64,000 nt of DNA from Acidobacteriota bacterium (GTDB lineage: Bacteria > Acidobacteriota > UBA6911 > RPQK01 > JAJDTT01). The DNA lies in NCBI GenBank assembly GCA_965263035.1, contig OZ253580.1, positions 2,656,001 to 2,720,000 of the forward strand. The letters are read 5' to 3'. A program made the translations under genes and the position numbers. This document shows, one piece after another, positions 10,297 to 20,820 of this stretch. The stretch's first letter is position 1; each line of letters begins with the position of its first letter. The notes under the pieces are model-generated. The model was not told the DNA's origin. It searched no databases and saw nothing but the letters and a program-made list of their open reading frames with translations.

Positions 10297-10934
10297 TCGT
10301 TTTCGGCAGGGATCTCATCAAGAAAGGAATGGACGTCCAACAGCGGACCCCGGCCGGCATTCCCCAATTTCGATTCGGGTGCATGATTCTGTTCCTGGTC
10401 CTTTTCGGCGGTATGGAGCCGGGCGCTGCCAGCCCGGACTGTGAATCGATCCTCCCCAGTCTAAAGGTCCCAGACAAGCTCAAGACCCGGGGAAAGCCGA
10501 AACGAGGACGTTGGGAGAACGTGGACAAGATCATCACCCGGGTGCGGGAGGCGGTGCAGGACAAGGACTGTTCGCTGACCCTGGAGCAGTTGTTCCAGGT
10601 TCGCCGCCAAGAGATCTTCTTTCCCTTGACCAACAACCTGCTCAGAACGGTCCCCGAGGAATCCCTGCGGGGTCTGTCCATCTACTCGAACGACGGCGAG
10701 CGGCTGGGAGAATTTTCCAACATCGTGCCGTATCACCGCAGCGGAGGACTTTACGCCGTAAGGGGATATACGCTGCACTATTTCCAATACCAGGATCAGG
10801 AGGGCAGCCTCCACTCCAGCGGCACCGATCTACTGTTGGACAACTTTCTGCTAAAGTGGAGCGAAATCAAGGATCGCGTCGTGATCTCCACTCCACGCCA
10901 GACCGAAGGGGATCTCCAACACAGGCAACGTTAA
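10293..10934 (+). CDS. Hypothetical, probably secreted protein
   Basis: GTG overlaps the hemE stop (alternative ATG 10329); hydrophobic N-terminal segment; its stop overlaps the next ATG. Confidence 0.6.
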   Translation: MIVFGRDLIKKGMDVQQRTPAGIPQFRFGCMILFLVLFGGMEPGAASPDCESILPSLKVPDKLKTRGKPKRGRWENVDKIITRVREAVQDKDCSLTLEQLFQVRRQEIFFPLTNNLLRTVPEESLRGLSIYSNDGERLGEFSNIVPYHRSGGLYAVRGYTLHYFQYQDQEGSLHSSGTDLLLDNFLLKWSEIKDRVVISTPRQTEGDLQHRQR

Positions 10935-11965
10935 TGAGCAGACCGGTGCATCGATTTCCCGGCCCTGGGGCAGAAAGACTTCTCCTGGTCCTTTTCCTTG
11001 TCTGTTCTCAGGGTTGGACCTGGACCCTGTTGGGGCAGGAAGCCGCATCCGGCACCGCCGGGATCGCCTATGGCCGCGGATACGTGGACGGACGCCGGTT
11101 GGGAGAAAGCGATCGGGCGGCGCGGCATTACTACGACATGGCCAACAAGCGGGCCTACCAGCGGTTGGATCCGGGGTTCGATCCGGAGCGAGACGACCCC
11201 GAGGTCTACCGAAACGCCTATCGCCGCGGTTTCGAAGCCGGATACGAAGATGGGTACTATCCTGACCGGCCGCGCTCCCGTCGGCGGGGCCCGGGCTCAG
11301 AACCGGATGGCCCCGAGACCCGATCGCCGGCTGCCGCGGACTCGGGATCCAAACTCCGGGTCCCGGCCGGGACCGAGATTCGCGTCCGAATGAAGGAACC
11401 GCTCACTACCAGAACCCACAAAGTGGGGGATATTTTCTCGGCTCGTGTGATTCAGAGTATCGATGCAGGTAAGGGAACAGCCGTTCCCAAGGGCGTCGAG
11501 GTGCGTGGTTCCATCTCCCAATTGGTGCGGGCCGGCCGTATCCGGGGCCGAGCCCGGATGAACCTGCACTTCAAGGAGTTGCGCTTCAGAGACGGACGAG
11601 TGGTCCCCTTGGATGCCCAGATGGCTTCTCTGGTGGAGCCGCGCAAGAGGAGCGTCGCCGATCAAGAAGGCACACTGGTGGGGCCCGGGGAGAAGGGCCG
11701 CGACGCCGGCAAGGTGGGGGCCTCATCCGCCATCGGTGCGCTGATCGGCCTGATCGGCGGGGGCAAGGAAGGGGTCGCGGTGGGAGCGGCCGCCGGTGCC
11801 GCGGTGGGAGCGGCTGGGATTCTGGTGACCCGGGGTAGGGACATCGTGATTCCGGCCGGGACTGAAATCATCATTCGACTGAGCAGGGATCTCGACATCC
11901 CCGTGCCGCGCCGGCCCCCTCCTCCTCGCGGCGAGGCACACTTCCCCGCCACCGACGACACCTGA
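10934..11965 (+). CDS. Secreted hypothetical protein with YxxGY repeats, TrbI/VirB10-like beta domain and glycine zipper
   Basis: Signal peptide, YRRGFEAGYEDGY, VPAGTEIRVR and GALIGLIGGGKEGVAVGAAAG. Confidence 0.7.
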   Translation: MSRPVHRFPGPGAERLLLVLFLVCSQGWTWTLLGQEAASGTAGIAYGRGYVDGRRLGESDRAARHYYDMANKRAYQRLDPGFDPERDDPEVYRNAYRRGFEAGYEDGYYPDRPRSRRRGPGSEPDGPETRSPAAADSGSKLRVPAGTEIRVRMKEPLTTRTHKVGDIFSARVIQSIDAGKGTAVPKGVEVRGSISQLVRAGRIRGRARMNLHFKELRFRDGRVVPLDAQMASLVEPRKRSVADQEGTLVGPGEKGRDAGKVGASSAIGALIGLIGGGKEGVAVGAAAGAAVGAAGILVTRGRDIVIPAGTEIIIRLSRDLDIPVPRRPPPPRGEAHFPATDDT

Positions 11966-12078
11966 CCAAGCGGGAAGCAATCCCAAATCCCAAACTGAAA
12001 AGGCGAGTGTACCGGTGCTCTCCGGTCCCGCGAAAGAAGCAGGGCCGATGCCGGGTTGTTCTCCTTAGCTCTTGCCGG

Positions 12079-13974
12079 TCAGACCACGTGTTGGGCCAGA
12101 AACTCCTGCAACGCCTCCAGGTAGATCTCGATCGTCCGCGATTTCCTCCAACCGTGTCCTTCACCAGGGAAGCGATGGTAGATGTGGGGGACTCCCCGCC
12201 GCACCAGAGCTTCGGCGATCCGGTCCGATTGGCTGGGGGGAACGACTTCATCGTCCTCGCCCTGAAAGAGTGCAATCGGGTCCCGGATTGACCCGGCCCG
12301 CCCCAACGGCGAGCGGTCCCGGTAGAGGGACTCATCCCCAGGCAGGACGCCCACCAACGAGTCCAGATAGTGCGCTTCGAACTTGTGCGTCTCCTGAGCC
12401 AGAGCGAGTAGATCGGAGACGCCGTAGAGGCAGACCCCGGCCCGGAACAGGCCCGGATAGCGGATCAGGCACAGCAATGCGGTGAGCCCCCCGGCACTGC
12501 CTCCCAAAACGACGAGGCGATCCGGATCGGCCCTCCCGCTGGAGACCAGGTATTCGGCAGCGGACCGGGTATCCTCGACATCGGCCACTCCCCATTGACC
12601 CTTCAGGGCATCGCGGTAAGCGCGGCCGTAACCGGAGCTGCCCCGGTAGTTGAGATCCAGTACCGCGATTCCCCGGCTGGTCAGAAAAGGGATTTCGAAA
12701 CGGTATTCGGCCAGGGCCTGGGAGGTGGGACCACCATGGACCCGAATGACCGCAGGGGGCGGAGCCGTTCGCCGGTACGCGGGATTTCGAGGACGGTAGA
12801 ACAAGCCTTGACAGTTCAGGGGTTGCGGAAGGTCGACCTCTGACCGCACTCTCCAGGAAAGGGGACGGGGATGGCCCAGATAGCCTGCTTCCGGCGGTTC
12901 CGGAGTCACCTCGGACCAGCTCGCGACCACTCCATGAGGCGACACCGTGAGGACCCGCGGCGGAAGCAGTGGTGAGGAGCCGACGAGAGCAATCCGCTCC
13001 CCGTCCGGCGCCGGTGAAAGTTGGCTCAACGCCGAGTAGCCGGAGAGGTCGCCGCCAACCGGTTGGGATCGCCTCTCCTCCAGGTCCACCCGCACCAGCG
13101 TCGCCTGGCCCTGACTCAGCCGAATCGCGTAGACGGCATCAGCCGACGGGGTCCAGGCGTGGGTCCGGAGACCTTGGATCCAGGCCGGCCCGGCGTACTC
13201 GGAAGGATCCTGGACCAACGCTTGTAGCGATCCTTCCTCCAGGTCGTAAAGCCAGAGATTGAACCAGCCTTCCCGATCGGAGACGAAGCTCAGGTAGCGG
13301 CCGTCCGGGGAAAAGGAGGGTTGGAAGACGGCGACGGAGCCCGCTGGATCGCCGGCCACCAGCGTCGGTTCCGGTCCATCTCCAGCAGCTGCCCCGGAGC
13401 CGATCTCGCCCAGATAGAGGCCGCTCCCGTCCCAAGGCATGTTGGGATGATCCCACGCGATCCAGGCGACCCGGCGCCCGCCCGGGTGCCAGGCCGGTTG
13501 CATGTAGAAATCGCGTCCGGACGCAAATTGAACGGGCCAGCCGGAACCGTCCGTCCTCGCCAGACCGAGGCAGTCGATTCCGTCGCTGGAATGGACATAG
13601 ACCAGCCTGCGCCCGCCCGGAGAAGCGGACGGCGCCGCCGGCTGACCCCACGGAGGGGTAACGGGCACCGATTCCGCTTCGTCCAGCCGGTGGCGAAAGA
13701 CCCTCCCCTCGGAGACGAAAAAGACCTGGTCGCCGGAAACCGAAAAGTCGCCGCCGCCGTATCCCACCCGGGCTCGGACAGAACCCTCCAAGGCCAGGTC
13801 CCGGGGCGCGGTCTGCAGGGAATCGCGAACCACCAGGACACCTGTGCCGGAACGTTCTTCCCTCCAGACCAGACCTCCGGAGGGGGTCCATTGGACGTCG
13901 CTCGGCCGGACCCGTGCAGCCCCATGGCTGGGGGCCGAACGACTCTCCCAGAGTCCGCCTGCAGCGCTGTTCAT
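12079..13974 (-). CDS. S9 (prolyl oligopeptidase family) peptidase
   Basis: HGGPT, YRGSSGYG, nucleophile GGSAGG, QGEDDEVV and EGHG motifs; N-terminal propeller. Confidence 0.92.
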   Translation of the reverse strand: MNSAAGGLWESRSAPSHGAARVRPSDVQWTPSGGLVWREERSGTGVLVVRDSLQTAPRDLALEGSVRARVGYGGGDFSVSGDQVFFVSEGRVFRHRLDEAESVPVTPPWGQPAAPSASPGGRRLVYVHSSDGIDCLGLARTDGSGWPVQFASGRDFYMQPAWHPGGRRVAWIAWDHPNMPWDGSGLYLGEIGSGAAAGDGPEPTLVAGDPAGSVAVFQPSFSPDGRYLSFVSDREGWFNLWLYDLEEGSLQALVQDPSEYAGPAWIQGLRTHAWTPSADAVYAIRLSQGQATLVRVDLEERRSQPVGGDLSGYSALSQLSPAPDGERIALVGSSPLLPPRVLTVSPHGVVASWSEVTPEPPEAGYLGHPRPLSWRVRSEVDLPQPLNCQGLFYRPRNPAYRRTAPPPAVIRVHGGPTSQALAEYRFEIPFLTSRGIAVLDLNYRGSSGYGRAYRDALKGQWGVADVEDTRSAAEYLVSSGRADPDRLVVLGGSAGGLTALLCLIRYPGLFRAGVCLYGVSDLLALAQETHKFEAHYLDSLVGVLPGDESLYRDRSPLGRAGSIRDPIALFQGEDDEVVPPSQSDRIAEALVRRGVPHIYHRFPGEGHGWRKSRTIEIYLEALQEFLAQHVV

Positions 13975-14058
13975 CCCGGCTCGCCTTTCGATTCCTCTTT
14001 CCTCATCTCCACGGGTCCACCTTGAACTGGGCCCATTGTATGGTGTTTCATATCGACG

Positions 14059-15243
14059 ATGAAGATTCACGAATTCCAAGCCAAGGAGATTCTGGCCCGG
14101 TTCGGAATCAGGATTCCCCGGGGAAAAGTCACCCAAAGTCCCGCCGAAGCCTATGAAATAGCGCGGTCTTTGGGAGGCGTCGTGGCGGTCAAGGCCCAGG
14201 TCCATGCCGGGGGCCGCGGCAAGGGCGGAGGCGTCAAGATCGTCCGCTCCCCGGCAGAGGCTGAGCAGTGTACTCGAGAAATGCTGGGGACCCGTCTCGT
14301 GACTCCGCAGACCGGCCCGGAGGGGACCCTGGTGCGTCAGGTCTTGATCGAGGAAGGGCTGGATATCCGGCGGGAGTTCTATCTGGGCATGGTCATTGAC
14401 AGGAGCCGGGAGCGGCCGGTGCTCATGGCCAGCACCGAAGGAGGCATGGAAATCGAGGAGGTGGCCCAGAAGACACCGGAATTGATCCTGAAGGAGCATG
14501 TGGACCCGGCCCTGGGACTTCAGGGGTTCCAGGGAAGAAATTTGGCCTACGGTCTCGGTTTGGAGAAGAAAGCCGTGGGCCGGGCCGCCGGGTTCATGAA
14601 GGCACTTTCCGAAGCCTTTGCGGCGACCGACGCCTCACTGGTGGAGATCAACCCGCTGGTGCTGACCGGTGACGGAGATTTCTTTGCTCTGGACGCCAAG
14701 ATGAATTTCGACGACAACGCCCTCTACCGGCACGCGGAGCTGAGGGAGCTGCGCGATTATCACGAAGAGGAGCCGCTGGAGATCCTGGCCCACCGTTCCG
14801 GCCTGAACTACATCAAACTGGATGGGAACGTGGGCTGCATGGTGAACGGCGCCGGGTTGGCCATGGCCACCATGGACATCATCAAGTTGGCCGGCGGCAA
14901 TCCCGCCAACTTTCTGGACGTGGGAGGCGGCGCCACCGTTCAGCAGGTGAAGACGGCGTTCGGGATCCTGATTTCCGACCCGAGCGTCCACTCGGTGCTG
15001 ATCAACATCTTCGGCGGAATCATGCGCTGTGACACTCTGGCCGAGGGAGTGGTCCAGGCTGCGCGGGAGGTGGGCGTGGGAGTTCCGGTGGTGGTGCGGC
15101 TGGAGGGCACCAACGTCGAGCGAGGCAGGGAGATCCTCCGCGATTCGGGTCTGGATTTCGAAGTCGCATATGGAATGCAGGATGCAGCCGAGAAGGTCTG
15201 CCGCCTGGCCGGCGAGGCTGCCCGATCATCGGAGGATAGTTGA
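14059..15243 (+). CDS. sucC: Succinyl-CoA synthetase beta subunit
   Basis: MKIHEFQAK, KAQVHAGGRGKGGG, NGAGLAMATMD and PANFLDVGGG motifs. Confidence 0.97.
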   Translation: MKIHEFQAKEILARFGIRIPRGKVTQSPAEAYEIARSLGGVVAVKAQVHAGGRGKGGGVKIVRSPAEAEQCTREMLGTRLVTPQTGPEGTLVRQVLIEEGLDIRREFYLGMVIDRSRERPVLMASTEGGMEIEEVAQKTPELILKEHVDPALGLQGFQGRNLAYGLGLEKKAVGRAAGFMKALSEAFAATDASLVEINPLVLTGDGDFFALDAKMNFDDNALYRHAELRELRDYHEEEPLEILAHRSGLNYIKLDGNVGCMVNGAGLAMATMDIIKLAGGNPANFLDVGGGATVQQVKTAFGILISDPSVHSVLINIFGGIMRCDTLAEGVVQAAREVGVGVPVVVRLEGTNVERGREILRDSGLDFEVAYGMQDAAEKVCRLAGEAARSSEDS

Positions 15244-16113
15244 GTGTCAATCTGGGTGGATTCCACAACCCGACTCGTGGTTCAGGGCATCACGGGCCGT
15301 GAGGGCAGCTTTCACGCGGCCCAGTGCCGCAGCTACGGCACTCAGGTGGTCGCGGGCGTCACTCCCGGGAAGGGAGGTTCCCGGCACGACGGCCTTCCCG
15401 TCTACAACACGGTTCGGGAAGCCGTTGTCGAGGAGGGGGCCAACGCCAGCGTGATCTTCGTGCCGCCCCCGTTTGCGGCCGACGCCATTCTGGAGGCGGC
15501 CGACGCCGATCTGGATCTGGTGGTCTGCATCACCGAGGGAATCCCGGCGCGGGACATGTTGCAGGTCTGCAGGTTCCTCAGGGGAGGGAGAACGCGCCTC
15601 ATCGGTCCCAACTGTCCCGGCATCATCTCTCCGGGGCAGTGCAAGATCGGAATCATGCCTGGGCACATTCATCGTCCTGGAAAGGTCGGCTGTATTTCCC
15701 GGAGCGGTACCCTGACCTATGAGGCGGTGGACCAACTCTCCTCCAGGGGGATCGGGCAGAGCACCTGCATCGGGATCGGCGGCGATCCTCTCATCGGGAC
15801 CGGATTCATCGATGTCCTGGAGGCTTTCGGAAGGGATCCGGATACGGACGCGGTGGTCCTGATCGGGGAAATCGGAGGCAGCGCGGAAGAGGAGGCAGCG
15901 GAGTACATCAGGGATCACTTCCGGAAACCGGTGGTCGGTTTCATCGCCGGACAGACGGCGCCTCCGGGCCGCCGCATGGGCCACGCCGGCGCCATCATCT
16001 CCCAGGGCAAGGGGACGGCGGCGGAGAAAATGGAGACGATGCGACGGTGCGGCGTTCGGGTGTTGGAGAGTCCGGCCCAGATCGGCGCTGCCATGGAGGA
16101 AGCCCTGGGATGA
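15244..16113 (+). CDS. sucD: Succinyl-CoA synthetase alpha subunit
   Basis: [22 protein letters not shown] and RMGHAGA motifs; GTG start. Confidence 0.97.
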   Translation: MSIWVDSTTRLVVQGITGREGSFHAAQCRSYGTQVVAGVTPGKGGSRHDGLPVYNTVREAVVEEGANASVIFVPPPFAADAILEAADADLDLVVCITEGIPARDMLQVCRFLRGGRTRLIGPNCPGIISPGQCKIGIMPGHIHRPGKVGCISRSGTLTYEAVDQLSSRGIGQSTCIGIGGDPLIGTGFIDVLEAFGRDPDTDAVVLIGEIGGSAEEEAAEYIRDHFRKPVVGFIAGQTAPPGRRMGHAGAIISQGKGTAAEKMETMRRCGVRVLESPAQIGAAMEEALG

Positions 16114-16529
16114 ACCAGTCCACCTTGGGCATCGTCAAGCCGGACGCGGTGAAGACCGGGTCCCTGGGCGCCATTCTGAAGCGGCTCGAAGCGAGTGGGC
16201 TGACGGTGGTCGGCATGAAGATGATCCACCTGACCCGGGAGCTGGCAGAAGGCTTCTATCGGGTGCACCGAAACCGGCCTTTCTTCGGCAGCTTGACTAC
16301 CTTCATGTCCGAGGGGCCCTGCGTGGTCATGGTTCTGCAGGGAGAAAACGCCATCGATCGTTGGCGAGCCCTGATGGGCGCCACCGACCCGGCCCGAGCC
16401 GGCGAGGGCACGATCCGCAAGGACTTCGGCCAGAACATCGAACGCAACACCGTCCACGGCTCCGACAGCCCCGAATCGGCAGACTTCGAGATCGCCTACT
16501 TCTTCGACGCGCTGGAATTCACCGGCTAG
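16110..16529 (+). CDS. ndk: Nucleoside diphosphate kinase
   Basis: IVKPDAV, GTIRKDF and NTVHGSDS motifs. Confidence 0.97.
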   Translation: MNQSTLGIVKPDAVKTGSLGAILKRLEASGLTVVGMKMIHLTRELAEGFYRVHRNRPFFGSLTTFMSEGPCVVMVLQGENAIDRWRALMGATDPARAGEGTIRKDFGQNIERNTVHGSDSPESADFEIAYFFDALEFTG

Positions 16530-16536
16530 GCCCCCC

Positions 16537-16758
16537 ATGTTTCAAGACCTGGGAAAAGTCCTGATCTTCCTGGGCTTGGCCCTGGCGGCGGTGGGCTTGT
16601 TGCTGAACTGGGTTCCATCGCTGCGGCTGGGACGACTTCCCGGGGATCTGCTCATTCGCCGGGAAAACTGGAGCCTGCACTTTCCCGTGGTCACCTGCCT
16701 GCTGGCGAGCGTAGTCCTGACTCTGGTCTTCTGGCTGATCCAGTGGTTCCGGCGGTAA
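16537..16758 (+). CDS. DUF2905 family small membrane protein
   Basis: LGRLPGDL...FPVVTCLLAS pattern. Confidence 0.8.
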   Translation: MFQDLGKVLIFLGLALAAVGLLLNWVPSLRLGRLPGDLLIRRENWSLHFPVVTCLLASVVLTLVFWLIQWFRR

Positions 16759-16764
16759 CCCGCC

Positions 16765-17778
16765 ATGGCTTCCGGCGAAACCATGACCTTCGCCCGGTTC
16801 ATGGAGCTTTGCCTCTATGCTCCGCAAGAAGGCTATTACCGGCGTGGATCCAAGGTCTTCGGTCCCGGCGGAGACTACTTCACCTCTCCCTATACCCACC
16901 CCCTGTTCTCCCAGATCCTGGGAGACGCTCTGGCCTGGCATCTGTCCTGTCTGGACGCGGATGGGCCTTTGGACCTCATCGAGTTGGGGGCCGGCGAGGG
17001 AATTCTGGGAAAGGGCGTGCTGGGTCGGCTGGAGAACCACCATCCCCGGATCTTCGCACGCGTCCGATACCAGGGCATGGAGATTGGAGATTCCTGCCTG
17101 CCGGAGCGAATCCATGGCGTGGTCTTCTCCAACGAACTCTTCGACGCGTTGCCGGTGCACCGGGTGCGGGTCTCTCAAACGGAATTAAAAGAGATTTTCG
17201 TCAGGTTGGGCGAGCCCATCACCGAGGTGGAGGGAGAACTCTCCGATCCGCGCATTCTGGAGTACATGCGACTCGGATTTCCCCGTTGGCGGGAGGGAGA
17301 CGTCTACGAGGCAAATCTGCGGATGGTGGAAATCCTGGAAGACCTGGACCGCCGCTTCCAACGAGGTTTTGTCCTGACCCTGGACTACGGATTCGAGGCG
17401 CCGGAATACGAGGCCATGGACCGGAGGGACGGTACGCTGCTCTGTTACCATCGCCACCGGGTCCATTCCGACCCCTATGTCAATCTGGGCCGCCAGGACC
17501 TGACCACCCATGTCAATTTTCGCGTGTTTCGCGAAACGGCCCGGCGGTTGGGTTGGACCAACCGACCGCTCCGAAGCCAGCGCCATTTCCTGATGAAATG
17601 GGGTCTGGAGACCCGGTTGCTGGAAGAGGAGAGGATGGGCATCCTGCAGGCGGAAAGATTCGAGGATCGGCTCGGAATCAAGGCCCTTCTCGCTCCCGGG
17701 GGAATCTCCGATACGCTCAAGATGCAGGTGCAGGCGGTCCGCCTCTCGCCGGCCGGCGGGTCCGGCAGTCCGTGGTGA
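16765..17778 (+). CDS. SAM-dependent methyltransferase, MidA/NDUFAF7 family
   Basis: GDYFTSP, ELGAGEG, SNELFDALP, LDYG and QDLTTHVNF motifs; the stop codon lies inside MITE copy 3. Confidence 0.9.
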   Translation: MASGETMTFARFMELCLYAPQEGYYRRGSKVFGPGGDYFTSPYTHPLFSQILGDALAWHLSCLDADGPLDLIELGAGEGILGKGVLGRLENHHPRIFARVRYQGMEIGDSCLPERIHGVVFSNELFDALPVHRVRVSQTELKEIFVRLGEPITEVEGELSDPRILEYMRLGFPRWREGDVYEANLRMVEILEDLDRRFQRGFVLTLDYGFEAPEYEAMDRRDGTLLCYHRHRVHSDPYVNLGRQDLTTHVNFRVFRETARRLGWTNRPLRSQRHFLMKWGLETRLLEEERMGILQAERFEDRLGIKALLAPGGISDTLKMQVQAVRLSPAGGSGSPW

Positions 17779-17916
17779 AAGTCCCGCGTAGGAGTCTGCG
17801 CCCGCCGGACAAGGCGCGGTGAGGGAGCATATTCGACCCTATGTGACCGAGGCGCAACGCAGTCCGCGCACGATGCAGACCCGGTCGAATGCCGCGACGA
17901 CTTTTGCCACGGGCTG
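17766..17916 (-). mobile_element. MITE family A, copy 3 (more diverged)
   Basis: Same TIRs; flanks CCGG/CCAG. Confidence 0.88.
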
Positions 17917-17947
17917 CCAGGGTCGGACCAAGCCGGATCTGATACAA

Positions 17948-17971
17948 TCCGGTTTCCGAACCGGAGTTTTT
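17948..17971 (+). terminator. Intrinsic terminator after the suc-ndk operon
   Basis: TCCGGTT-TCCG-AACCGGA followed by GTTTTT. Confidence 0.6.
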
Positions 17972-17982
17972 CGGGGAGTGGG

Positions 17983-18059
17983 TGGTGGGCGATACTGGAT
18001 TCGAACCAGTGACCTCCGCCGTGTGAAGACGGCGCTCTAACCAGCTGAGCTAATCGCCC
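17983..18059 (-). tRNA. tRNA-Val (CAC)
   Basis: GGGCGATTAGCTCAGCTGGTTAGAGCGCCGTCTTCACACGGCGGAGGTCACTGGTTCGAATCCAGTATCGCCCACCA. Confidence 0.96.
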
Positions 18060-18094
18060 GAAACAAGAAGTTCATTCTAGAAAGTCGAGTCGAA

Positions 18095-19093
18095 GTGAGT
18101 CAACCACTGGACCTGATCATCATCGGCGCCGGACCGGCGGGTCTGGCCTGCGCCATCGAGGCCCGGAAACGGGGTTTGGAGTTCTGGGTGGTGGAGCGAG
18201 GCTGCCTCGTCAACTCCATCTACAAGTATCCGGTCAACATGACCTTCTTCACCACGGCCGATCTGCTGGAAATCGGCGACGTGCCCATGATCATCTCCGC
18301 CGACAAGCCCAAGCGGATCGACGGTCTCAAATACTATCGCCGCGTCGTGGAACACTACCAGCTCCCCATTCGGGACTACGAGGAGGTCCTCACGGTCCAG
18401 GGAGGTCTGGGGAACTTCGTCGTGAATACGCGGGACCGGCTGGGACACTCACACGATTATCACGCCCGCCGGATCGTAGTGGCGACGGGCTACTACGACA
18501 ATCCCAACCTGCTGGGAATTCCAGGCGAGAACCTGCCCAAAGTCAGCCACTATTACACCGATCCCCACCCCTACTACGGCAAGAACGTGGCCATCATCGG
18601 TGGGAACAACTCCGCCGCCGAGGCGGCGCTGGAGCTGTTCCGAAGCGGATCGAATGTGACGATCATCCACCGGGGCGAGCGCGTGGGAAGGAAAATCAAA
18701 TATTGGGTGCTTCCCGACATCGAGAATCGGATCAAGAACGGAGAAATCTCGGCTCTTTTCTCCAGCCGCGTGGTGGAGATCCGGCCGCAGAAGATCGCGG
18801 TCGAGACACCCGGCGGAATCGTGGAGCTGGACAACGACTTCGTCCTGGCCATGACCGGCTATCATCCCGACTCCGATTTTCTCCGGCAGATGGGAGTCCG
18901 GGTCGAACACGAGACCCACATTCCCGATCACGATCCCGAGACCCTGGAGACCAACGTCGCCGGCATCTATCTGGCCGGCTCCATCTGCGCCGGGAAGATG
19001 ACGAACCGCATCTTCATTGAGAACGGGCGCTTCCACGGAGGCCAGATCTTCAGCCACTGGAACGTTTCCGCACCGGTGGCAACGGCAGATTGA
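18095..19093 (+). CDS. ypdA: YpdA family flavoprotein (putative bacillithiol disulfide reductase)
   Basis: IIGAGPAG, GCLVNSIYKYP, ATGYYDNPN, GGNNSA and IFIENGRFHG motifs. Confidence 0.88.
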   Translation: MSQPLDLIIIGAGPAGLACAIEARKRGLEFWVVERGCLVNSIYKYPVNMTFFTTADLLEIGDVPMIISADKPKRIDGLKYYRRVVEHYQLPIRDYEEVLTVQGGLGNFVVNTRDRLGHSHDYHARRIVVATGYYDNPNLLGIPGENLPKVSHYYTDPHPYYGKNVAIIGGNNSAAEAALELFRSGSNVTIIHRGERVGRKIKYWVLPDIENRIKNGEISALFSSRVVEIRPQKIAVETPGGIVELDNDFVLAMTGYHPDSDFLRQMGVRVEHETHIPDHDPETLETNVAGIYLAGSICAGKMTNRIFIENGRFHGGQIFSHWNVSAPVATAD

Positions 19094-19139
19094 TCGCCGT
19101 CCGAACTGGTGATCGACCGCTGAATCCACACCCAAGCCG

Positions 19140-20477
19140 ATGAAGCATAGCCGGTTCCGAGTGGCCATCGTGGGGCGGCCCAACGTCGGGAAATCCACCC
19201 TTTTCAATCGGCTGACCCGAACCCGCCGAGCCTTGGTGGACCGCCGCCCGGGGATGACCCGGGACCGAATCTGCGGGCTGGCCAAATGGGGCGGCCGGAG
19301 TTTCGAAGTCATGGACACGGGCGGCATCACGCCCGGTGACCGGGAACATATTCCCGAGCAGGTTCTCCGCCAGGTGGAGGTCGCCATCCGGGAGGCGGAC
19401 CTCATCCTCCTGGTGGTCGACGTTCGAGAAGGACTGCAACCGCTGGACCAGAGTTTGTGCTCCATGCTGAGAGCCCGAGGCAGGGAGCCCCTGCTGGTGG
19501 TGAACAAGGTGGAGACTCTTCGTATGGAAACGGAGGCATTCCAGTTCCATGCTCTGGGTCTGAAGCGCCTGCTCCCGATTTCCGCCGAGCACAACCTGGA
19601 TTTGGACCCCTTGATCGGGGAGATCCTGCGCCGCATTCCCGATAACGCCCCGGGGACCTCCGATGCCGAGGAGATCCGGGTCGCCATCGTGGGACGCCCC
19701 AACGTGGGCAAGTCTTCTCTGCTGAACCGGATTGTGGGTGAAGAACGCTCCATCGTGACCTCCATTCCGGGTACTACCCGAGACGCCGTGGACACGCTGG
19801 TTCGCGTGGGGGATCAGGCGTACCGATTCGTGGACACTGCGGGAATCCGGAGAAAGAGCAAGACGGTGGAGATCGCCGAGAAGTTGAGCGTGGTCATGGC
19901 TCGCAAGAACCTGGAACGGGCCGACGTGGCGCTGCTGGTGCTGGATGCCTCCGAACCTCCCAGCACTCTCGACGCAATCATCGGCAGGTACGCCCAGGAC
20001 GCGGGTGTCTCGATTCTGATTACGGTCAACAAGTGCGACCTGATGCCGTCCGATTCGGAAACCCAGGCCGCCATGACCGCAGCCTATCGGGACCGGATCC
20101 GGGCCTTGGTTTTCGCTCCCCTGGTCTTCGTGTCGGCCAAGACGGGACGCGGCGTCTCCAGGATCTTCACCCAGGTGGACCGAGCCTACGAGGGCCGGAT
20201 GATCCGGGTCGGAACCTCCGAGTTGAACGTCTACCTGGAACGGCACGTGGCTGCGGCTCTGACTCCGGAGGGAAGCGCCAGGAAGTCGCGCTTGAAGTAC
20301 GCCTGTCAAGTGGCGTCGGCTCCTCCCACCTTCGTCTTTTTCACGCGGGGATCGGGAAAAATGGATCTTCCCACCCGGCGGCATCTGGCCCGGCGACTTC
20401 GGGAGAAATACCATTTTCACGCCACGCCGATCCGGATCCTGCAACGTTCCGGCAAGAGGAGAGGGGAGCTTTCTTGA
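19140..20477 (+). CDS. der: Ribosome biogenesis GTPase Der (EngA)
   Basis: Two GRPNVGKS P-loops, DTGG/DTAG, C-terminal PPTFVFF domain. Confidence 0.96.
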   Translation: MKHSRFRVAIVGRPNVGKSTLFNRLTRTRRALVDRRPGMTRDRICGLAKWGGRSFEVMDTGGITPGDREHIPEQVLRQVEVAIREADLILLVVDVREGLQPLDQSLCSMLRARGREPLLVVNKVETLRMETEAFQFHALGLKRLLPISAEHNLDLDPLIGEILRRIPDNAPGTSDAEEIRVAIVGRPNVGKSSLLNRIVGEERSIVTSIPGTTRDAVDTLVRVGDQAYRFVDTAGIRRKSKTVEIAEKLSVVMARKNLERADVALLVLDASEPPSTLDAIIGRYAQDAGVSILITVNKCDLMPSDSETQAAMTAAYRDRIRALVFAPLVFVSAKTGRGVSRIFTQVDRAYEGRMIRVGTSELNVYLERHVAAALTPEGSARKSRLKYACQVASAPPTFVFFTRGSGKMDLPTRRHLARRLREKYHFHATPIRILQRSGKRRGELS

Positions 20478-20503
20478 CACCCGAAAAAGGGCGTGCCTAA
20501 TAT
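20474..20503 (+). promoter_or_regulatory. Sigma70-type promoter of ihf-merR
   Basis: TTGACA-N18-TAATAT, 40 nt upstream of ATG 20544. Confidence 0.6.
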
Positions 20504-20543
20504 GAACTGCAGCTCGTGACACCGCCCCCGTAGCAGGCATTTC

Positions 20544-20810
20544 ATGGTCAAAGCAGATCTGGCGCGTACGGTCTATGAGACCCACGGCGGTTTGACTCAC
20601 CAGGAGTCGAAGGAGGTGGTCAAGCTTATCTTCGACAACATCAAGTCCGAGCTGCTCCGTAGAGAGAATGTGAAATTGTCCGGGTTCGGGTCATTCCGTG
20701 TGATTTCACTGCAGGCTCGACGCGGCCGCAATCCCCAGACCCGAGCCCAGATGCGGCTGGGACCGAGCCGACGGGTGACGTTTCGTCCGTCGCGGCTGAT
20801 CAACGTGTGA
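20544..20810 (+). CDS. ihfA: Integration host factor alpha / HU family DNA-binding protein
   Basis: MVKADL, VKLSGFGSF and GRNPQT motifs; conserved ihfA-merR-tRNA-Pro(GGG) order. Confidence 0.85.
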   Translation: MVKADLARTVYETHGGLTHQESKEVVKLIFDNIKSELLRRENVKLSGFGSFRVISLQARRGRNPQTRAQMRLGPSRRVTFRPSRLINV

Positions 20811-20820
20811 CTCCATCCTG

